Below are positions 47,483 to 53,565 of a stretch of DNA of 53,565 bases, one piece after another. Every line of letters begins with the position of its first letter. The first letter of the stretch is position 1. Location of the stretch: the sequence record DRR378314_2131; one strand, 5' to 3'. The position numbers were made by a program, and so were the translations under genes. The notes beneath the pieces were generated by a model, which was given only the letters and a program-made list of their open reading frames with translations, searched no databases and was not told the DNA's origin.

Positions 47483-47749
47483 GTTTCCAGCATCCTTCCA
47501 ACCCTCAGAGGAACGGCCACCGCCGCAATTTGGGTCATTGACAAACTTTCAATCAACAATCGGGGCGGCGCTCTCCTCACTTGTATGATCTTACTGCCTT
47601 CCCTCATCAGCAACCGGAGCTGGCATTAAGCTCAACCATGAGATACCGCTGATATTTAAAAAATTGTATAAAAATAGCGCATTGATGTATATATCTCAAA
47701 ATGGGTATGCACAATGCAATACGTGGCACGATGAAGTGGAGCACCGTCT

Positions 47750-48541
47750 ATGAAATTTGACTTTGATCCCACAGGGCAGTTGATCGGTGATATCGGAAAA
47801 ACTGCGTTCGGAGCCAGTTTGTCAGCTGCGCTTCAGGAGATCGTCCCTTTCGACTACACCGTAGTATTCGGTTATCACGGATCGGCACGGCCGCTTGATC
47901 TCTACGATGATTTCCCACGCAAAAAGAGAAAGATCTTTGTCGAAGACTACCAGGAAGGGCCATACCTTCTGGATCCCTTTTTCCTTGCCACGACCAATCC
48001 CAACGAGTCGGGACTTTACCGCCTGCGTGACCTGGCTCCGGACCGGTTTTATCAGGGTGAATATTTTCGCAACTACTACGTGCAGACCGACCTCGCGGAG
48101 GAGATCGCATTTTTTGTGAACTTGCCCGACGCTGCAGTTGTGGTTGTGTCACTGATGCGTGCCCAAAAGGCATTCACCGTCAAAGAATGTCGTGACCTGA
48201 ACAGATACGCTCCCATCGTTCTGGCCGCGTGTGAACAGCATTGGTCTGATCTGGCGCAAAAGTTTGGCGCTCCGGGTGCAGATAAGAAGGCTGATAGTGG
48301 CGAGGGAAGCCTGGAACTTGCATTTCAGCAATTCGGCCTTGGACTGCTCACGCCCCGGGAAAAGGAAGTGGCCGAATTCACGCTTAAAGGTCATTCCGCT
48401 GCTGCCGTTGGACGAATTTTGGAAATCTCACCCGGCACCGTGCGCATACATCGTCGAAATATCTATTCCAAACTGCGAATCCGATCTCAGGGCGAACTGT
48501 TTTCCGAGTTTATTGACACTCTGCTGGAAAACTCTCCCTGA
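47750..48541 (+). CDS. LuxR-type HTH regulator with an N-terminal sensor domain
   Basis: C-terminal LTPREKEVA...GTVRIHRRNIYSKL. N-terminal GPYLLDPF motif; not an AHL-binding or receiver domain. Confidence 0.9.
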   Translation: MKFDFDPTGQLIGDIGKTAFGASLSAALQEIVPFDYTVVFGYHGSARPLDLYDDFPRKKRKIFVEDYQEGPYLLDPFFLATTNPNESGLYRLRDLAPDRFYQGEYFRNYYVQTDLAEEIAFFVNLPDAAVVVVSLMRAQKAFTVKECRDLNRYAPIVLAACEQHWSDLAQKFGAPGADKKADSGEGSLELAFQQFGLGLLTPREKEVAEFTLKGHSAAAVGRILEISPGTVRIHRRNIYSKLRIRSQGELFSEFIDTLLENSP

Positions 48542-48593
48542 TCAAGCAATTCCAAAGGCGGTCACTGCGTGACGGTTGGCAATAGAACATCAG

Positions 48594-48625
48594 AAAAAAC
48601 GGCGGCGGTAAAACCACCAACCGCC
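48594..48625 (-). terminator. Rho-independent terminator of the CUT1 ABC operon
   Basis: Minus strand reads GGCGGTTGGTGGTTTTACCGCCGCC followed by GTTTTTT. Confidence 0.65.
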
Positions 48626-48709
48626 AGTTCAGGGAGATATTTCTTGATTGTGTTTCATATCCGCTTCGAGTTTGCGTAACAGAAGAACGGTCATTTCATC
48701 AAAGTTCAG

Positions 48710-48874
48710 CTAAAACCAGATCAGCCAGATCAGGAAGACAAGAATCAGGATGATGACATCCCAGAAGATGATCTCACCGATCCGAAACCAGCCCTTACGA
48801 CGGTTGAGTGCGTTGAGCAAACACCAGAAAAAAGCAGCGACAACGATCGGGACAATATGGACTATAGAGCTCAT
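48710..48874 (-). CDS. Unannotated 54-aa two-helix membrane protein
   Basis: MSSIVHIVPIVVAAFFWCLLNALNRRKGWFRIGEIIFWDVIILILVFLIWLIWF*. ATGA overlap with the ATPase stop. Shorter than any ORF in the supplied track. Confidence 0.7.
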   Translation of the reverse strand: MSSIVHIVPIVVAAFFWCLLNALNRRKGWFRIGEIIFWDVIILILVFLIWLIWF

Positions 48875-49926
48875 GACCTACGCCGCCCGTCACTGATTTC
48901 GAAGAAATGGCGAGTATGTTCCGGAAACTCCAGATGAATTTGGGAGCTGCGATCAAGACCGGTAGTGTCATGCATGACGCGTACAACCAGAGAGGTGTTG
49001 TCTTTCTTGACGAACATCAAAGCGTCGGGTTCGACCAGTTCCAAAACGTCTAGATCAAAGCTGACAGTTTGATCTGTAGGTGCTTCCTGAAGCAATATCT
49101 GTTCAGGTCGGACGCCAAGGGCTACCGGCCCGTTCGGTTGTCCCGTGACCGGTAATTCGAACGTTCCCGACCTGAACACGCCACCCGCAACTTCGCCGTC
49201 CAGAACGTTCATCGCAGGTCGCCCGATAAATTCCGCGACGAACCGTGTCGCCGGTTCATGGTATACGCGTCGCGGCGTGTCGAACTGTGCCAGCTTCCCA
49301 CCGTTCAGAACCGCTATTCGGGTGCCAAGAGTCATTGCCTCTTCTTGGTCGTGGGTCACGAAGACAAAGGTCTGGCCCAGATCGCCATGCAGGCGTTTCA
49401 ACTCTGTTCTGGTTTCTAGCCGAAGCAGCGCATCCAGATTGCTCAGCGGTTCATCCATCAGGCAAATTTCCGGATTCCAGACGAGTGCACGGGCAACTGC
49501 AACGCGCTGTGCCTGCCCGCCTGAAAGCTGGCTTGGCCGTCTGTCCAGATAGCTTTCAATTTGCAGAACTTTCGCAATCGCACGGACGCGACTGTCGATG
49601 TTGCCGTTGTCGATTTTTCGTATGCGAAGCGGGTAAGCAATGTTTTCGTAAACTGTTTTGTGCCCATAAAGAGCATAGTTCTGAAACACCATTCCCATGT
49701 TTCGTTCTCGCGGCGGCAAACTCGTAACCTCAAGGTCGTCTACGGTCACGGAACCGCCCGTTGCTTCTTCGAGACCGGCGAGGATTCGGCATGCCGTTGT
49801 TTTACCGCTGCCCGATGGGCCCAGCAGAACGATGAACTCACCCTTCTCGAATTCCAAATTGAGATTGTCCAGCGCAACGGTGCCATCACCGAAAACCTTG
49901 CTGATCTGGTTATAGGAAACAGCCAT
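48871..49926 (-). CDS. Carbohydrate ABC transporter ATP-binding protein (MalK-like)
   Basis: GPSGSGKTT, VFQNYALY, LSGGQAQ, MDEPLSNLD and VTHDQEEA motifs. Confidence 0.93.
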   Translation of the reverse strand: MAVSYNQISKVFGDGTVALDNLNLEFEKGEFIVLLGPSGSGKTTACRILAGLEEATGGSVTVDDLEVTSLPPRERNMGMVFQNYALYGHKTVYENIAYPLRIRKIDNGNIDSRVRAIAKVLQIESYLDRRPSQLSGGQAQRVAVARALVWNPEICLMDEPLSNLDALLRLETRTELKRLHGDLGQTFVFVTHDQEEAMTLGTRIAVLNGGKLAQFDTPRRVYHEPATRFVAEFIGRPAMNVLDGEVAGGVFRSGTFELPVTGQPNGPVALGVRPEQILLQEAPTDQTVSFDLDVLELVEPDALMFVKKDNTSLVVRVMHDTTGLDRSSQIHLEFPEHTRHFFEISDGRRRS

Positions 49927-49930
49927 AGTC

Positions 49931-50752
49931 TTATCCTTTTACTGCGCCGAAGGTGAGGCCTCGAACGAGGTGTTTTTGCACCAGGAATGTGAAGAAGATG
50001 ATCGGCAGAGTTGCAACGACTGCAACTGCGGCTACCTGCCCCCAAAGCGTACCATGTGGCGTAACCAGACCGGGGATGCCAACCGTCAGTGTCCGCCCTT
50101 CAAAGGCGACCAGAATGAACGCATAGAGGAATTCATTCCAGCTGAGGATGAAGCACAGAACTGCGGTTGCCGCGAGTCCGGGCGCCGCCAGGGGGAGCAA
50201 GACCCTCAGGAATGTACCACCACGCGTGTGGCCATCCATCATCGCAGCTTCGTCGATCTCTCTGGGAATATCGGCGAAAAAACCGCGCATCATCCAGACC
50301 ACTAAAGAGACATTGAAGGTCGTATGCGCAAGAATGACGGCAATCGGCTTGTCCGTTAGCCCCAGCACCGAAAACAACAGGAACATCGGCACGACGATGG
50401 AAATCGGGGGGGCCATGCGTGTGGTCAGAAAGAAGAAGAACAGGTCTTCTTTTCCGGGAAAATCATACCGGGCAAACACGTAGGCGGCCGGTGTGCCAAA
50501 CGCCAGCGACAATATTGTGCTGAACGAAGCCACAATCATGGAGTTCCAGACCAGTGGCAGGTAATTCTTGTCGATGAAAATCGTTGGGTAGTTCTCCGAG
50601 GTCGGTGTGAAGAACCAAAGGGGTGCGTCTGACAATATATCAAGACGTGTTTTGAAGGATGTCATGACAATCCAGAGATAGGGCGTCAGGAACAAGATCA
50701 GAATAGCGATCAGCGTTGCCACCATCGCCATTTTCCAGCCTCGGCTTATCAT
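49931..50752 (-). CDS. Carbohydrate ABC transporter permease (MalG-like)
   Basis: EAA loop IPREIDEAAMMDG, SWNEFLYA and GLTFGAVKG motifs. Confidence 0.93.
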   Translation of the reverse strand: MISRGWKMAMVATLIAILILFLTPYLWIVMTSFKTRLDILSDAPLWFFTPTSENYPTIFIDKNYLPLVWNSMIVASFSTILSLAFGTPAAYVFARYDFPGKEDLFFFFLTTRMAPPISIVVPMFLLFSVLGLTDKPIAVILAHTTFNVSLVVWMMRGFFADIPREIDEAAMMDGHTRGGTFLRVLLPLAAPGLAATAVLCFILSWNEFLYAFILVAFEGRTLTVGIPGLVTPHGTLWGQVAAVAVVATLPIIFFTFLVQKHLVRGLTFGAVKG

Positions 50753-51681
50753 GATGCTGCCTTTCCGACCGTTTTCGAGCGGCCTTCATTCCAGTACACG
50801 GCCTTGTAGAAAACCGAGCACATGATCAGGACGACGAGATACACCATGAAGGCACACACCGCCCCATAGCCAAGATCCCAGTCCCTGAAGTTGATTCGAT
50901 AGGTGTAAATCGACAGCATTTCCGTAGAGATGCCGGGACCTCCGCCGGTCAGGATGAATACCTTATCGAACTCTTTGAACGCATCAATTCCGCGTAGTAA
51001 AAGGACAAGCGCGATGATTGGGCGCAGAAGAGGAAGCGTGACATCTCTGAAAATCTGCAAAGGCCGTGCACCATCCATTATGGCGGCTTCAAATGGTTCC
51101 TTTGGCAAGCTGAGCAGACCAGCAAGGATGACCAAGGTTACAAACGGTGTCCATTGCCAGACATCGATCAGCATGATTGCCGGCATGACCAGTGACGGAT
51201 TGCCCAGAATGGACGTTTGCTGATCGGCAAGGCCGAAGTACCGCAAATAGTAAGTGAACATCCCGAAATCGCCCGAAAGCAAAAGCTTCCAGATCAGTCC
51301 GACTGCAATCGGTGCCAGCATCATGGGGACGAGCAGCAGAGTCAGGATGAAGCGATGCTGCTTGATGTAGTGGAAAAGCAGCAACGCCAAGCCCAGACCA
51401 AACATGAATTCGACCAAGACGACCCCAAAGACAAACTTCATGGTCAACCAGAAACTATGCCAGAAAATGGGGTCGTCCTGCATCAGTCTCCGGAAATTTG
51501 CGAACCCTACAAATGCGCCATCCCGGTTTGGCAGCGCATAGTGGAGATCCGTAAAGCCGGTCCAGACCATGTAGAGGAACGGTCCCAGAAGAATGACGAA
51601 GAGCAGGATAACGGAGGGAACCAGCAACAGAGGTGCTACTCCGTGATCCAGCACCCTCTCAATTATCCTGTTTGTTCGCAT
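50749..51681 (-). CDS. Carbohydrate ABC transporter permease (MalF-like)
   Basis: DVWQWTPF, EAAIMDGA and LTGGGPG motifs. Confidence 0.93.
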   Translation of the reverse strand: MRTNRIIERVLDHGVAPLLLVPSVILLFVILLGPFLYMVWTGFTDLHYALPNRDGAFVGFANFRRLMQDDPIFWHSFWLTMKFVFGVVLVEFMFGLGLALLLFHYIKQHRFILTLLLVPMMLAPIAVGLIWKLLLSGDFGMFTYYLRYFGLADQQTSILGNPSLVMPAIMLIDVWQWTPFVTLVILAGLLSLPKEPFEAAIMDGARPLQIFRDVTLPLLRPIIALVLLLRGIDAFKEFDKVFILTGGGPGISTEMLSIYTYRINFRDWDLGYGAVCAFMVYLVVLIMCSVFYKAVYWNEGRSKTVGKAAS

Positions 51682-51732
51682 TTCGGTTCCAGCCTCTACT
51701 AGGTTTCAACAGTTCGCAGTTCTATGAACACA

Positions 51733-53127
51733 CTATTCCACCGGATACTTGAGCGGTGCGCAGTCCCCGAGAAGCTCGGACATTTCCACTGCCGCATCAT
51801 CCAGGGCCTCTTTGGCATTCTTCGCGTCAGACAGGTAACTGCTCAGCTCACGCACCAGAATATCGGTGATCTGCGGCGATTCCGGGATCGTCGGCTTTGG
51901 CCGCGCTGCCGCGTTGGTGTCCATCGACGCCTGAGAGTAGCTGATGGCCTGCACATCAGGGTGTGCGTAGACGTCTGGTCGGGCCGTTGCGCCACCGTTC
52001 AGATGCTGATTGAGCTGCTGGGTTTCCTCCATCATCCACTGGATGAACAGATAGGCGGCTTCCTGGTTCTTCGAACCCGCCGGGATAAGGTAGGTCCAAC
52101 CTTCAACCTGGCCCACAGGCTCTCCATTCGCTTGTGGCGGAACAATGTCAAACCCCATCTTTCCTGCAACGGTGCTGGCCTCGTGATCTTCGGCGACGGC
52201 ATAAGTCGCGTCATTCCACATGATCATCTGATACACCTTGCCCTGCTGCATCAACGCCATGACCTCATCCCAGGTGTAGTTGAGGGAATCCGCGGGCGAA
52301 TAGGCCAACAGGCTCTTGTAGTATTCAAGTGATGCAATCGCTTCAGGGCTGTTGACGACAACCGGGCCGCACTCACTTCCGGAATTCGTTTCCAGCATGT
52401 CGCCACCGAAGCTGTAGAGGAAGTTCAGCCATTCGTACCACAGCGCTTCGTGGCGCTTGCCTTGCAGGGCCGTACCGTAAAAGCCTTCATCCGGTCGATG
52501 AAACCACTCGGCGATATCGGTGTATTCCTGCCAGGTGGTCGCCGGCTTCAGCTCATAGCCGTATTTTTCTTTGAACCCGGCTCTCTCATTCGGATCATTG
52601 AGCAGATCATCTCGGTACCACATGTACATGTTAAGTGCAGTGAACGGGAACCCATAGACCTGACCTTCATACCAAGAGATTTCATGCCACAAGCCCTGAT
52701 AAAGCTGTTCCTCTGGCATAAAAGAAGGATCGCGCAGGCTTGGGTCATTCATGAATCTTTCGACCGGCTCGAGATGGCCATTGGCGACAAAACGGCCTAG
52801 TTCGCGGTGCGGCTGCAGAATGAAATCGTAGCGTCCGCGGCGCGAGTTCAGGTCCAGCATGACCTTGTTGACCGCCTCGGAATGCTCATACATCTCGATC
52901 TCGACGGTGATGCCGGTCCGGCTCTCGAATTCACTTTTCAGCTTGGCCATAGCCTCCAGCGGTGGAAGCGCTTCGCCCACAGTCCGAATCGTAGTTCCCT
53001 CATATGGCGCGGCGGCCTCTTCTAGCGACCAGGCCATGGCCTCCGTTCCCTGAAGCGCCAGCAGCCCGCAGACTGCCAAGGAGGCGCTTGATCGAACAAA
53101 TCGACCCACTAAACTTCTACCAATCAT
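51733..53127 (-). CDS. Carbohydrate/polyol ABC transporter substrate-binding protein (CUT1)
   Basis: Signal peptide, FESRTGITVE, YRDDL and PATTWQEY motifs, GGGAGA RBS. Confidence 0.9.
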   Translation of the reverse strand: MIGRSLVGRFVRSSASLAVCGLLALQGTEAMAWSLEEAAAPYEGTTIRTVGEALPPLEAMAKLKSEFESRTGITVEIEMYEHSEAVNKVMLDLNSRRGRYDFILQPHRELGRFVANGHLEPVERFMNDPSLRDPSFMPEEQLYQGLWHEISWYEGQVYGFPFTALNMYMWYRDDLLNDPNERAGFKEKYGYELKPATTWQEYTDIAEWFHRPDEGFYGTALQGKRHEALWYEWLNFLYSFGGDMLETNSGSECGPVVVNSPEAIASLEYYKSLLAYSPADSLNYTWDEVMALMQQGKVYQMIMWNDATYAVAEDHEASTVAGKMGFDIVPPQANGEPVGQVEGWTYLIPAGSKNQEAAYLFIQWMMEETQQLNQHLNGGATARPDVYAHPDVQAISYSQASMDTNAAARPKPTIPESPQITDILVRELSSYLSDAKNAKEALDDAAVEMSELLGDCAPLKYPVE

Positions 53128-53565
53128 GATTTTCTCCCTTTGGTTAAATGGTGTGTTGCCTCCCGTTTCGAGGCGTTTTGTGAGTGTTGTGCCCGATGCC
53201 TTCCCTGCTCAATCCTCTAGCCCGTAATTCTCCTCTGCTTCCCGCAAACACAGATTGATGCGATACCATATTAACTAAAGAAATATTATTAAATTTTTGT
53301 TTTACTGCATATATCGCATATGAGGTACTTCATTTGTTATACGTGTAAATTGGTTGCCGGCTCATGACGCTCATCATCAACTGAAAGTCGATGATGATTT
53401 TCCCACTGCCACGCAGCGTTCAAATTTGCACAGATGCAGCAAATTTCATGCTGTGAGTACGCGCAGCGAAAAAACCAAACTGACAGGTTAGGCTCGATCC
53501 GACCCACCGCTGCAGTGCGAATGTAGGTCCGCTCAGGATTGGCGAACGGCAAGTGCCGCCCGCCA

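Noticed and set aside
47483-47749. Possible cobalamin riboswitch upstream of the SDR-dehydratase operon (GGGAAGG present on the minus strand)
   Set aside because: I could not find the other conserved elements (AGGGAA..GGTG.AA.TCC, GCCCCCGC.ACTGT, AG.CAG.A.ACC). An Rfam scan would settle it.
1-53565. CRISPR array, tRNA, rRNA, phage or defence genes
   Set aside because: I saw no regularly spaced repeats, RNA gene signatures or corresponding protein motifs.

Overview
This is an accessory catabolic region (island, plasmid or chromid) of an alphaproteobacterium. The gene content suggests Rhodobacteraceae, Roseobacter group (inference). From left to right it contains: (1) two nested or abutting IS6 remnants; (2) a psd-pssA-pmtA phospholipid operon; (3) a ROK-regulated fructoside operon with a cytoplasmic GH32, two kinases, class II Fba and a CUT2 ABC transporter; (4) a GFA gene; (5) an inositol-type cluster (IolR-like regulator, iolG/iolD/iolE, ABC transporter) with no iolB/iolC/iolA in the window but with an ALDH, a 2-hydroxyacid dehydrogenase and an HpcH aldolase; (6) an intact 820-bp IS6; (7) a probable GntR regulon, marked by four GGTATAC boxes, that joins an EhuABCD-like transporter and a DoeA-like hydrolase to a PhyH dioxygenase, an Mgd/Sox-type N-demethylase, a threonine aldolase, a dehydratase, NadX and a GATase; (8) an SDR plus a fused alpha-beta B12 diol dehydratase with an altered substrate pocket and no reactivase; (9) a CUT1 ABC operon ending in an unannotated 54-aa membrane protein. 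The best candidates for an undescribed system are the fused dehydratase module, the ectoine-like N-demethylation regulon and the IolB/IolC-independent inositol route. I saw no rRNA, tRNA or CRISPR array. Family assignments come from recognising motifs, not from database searches.
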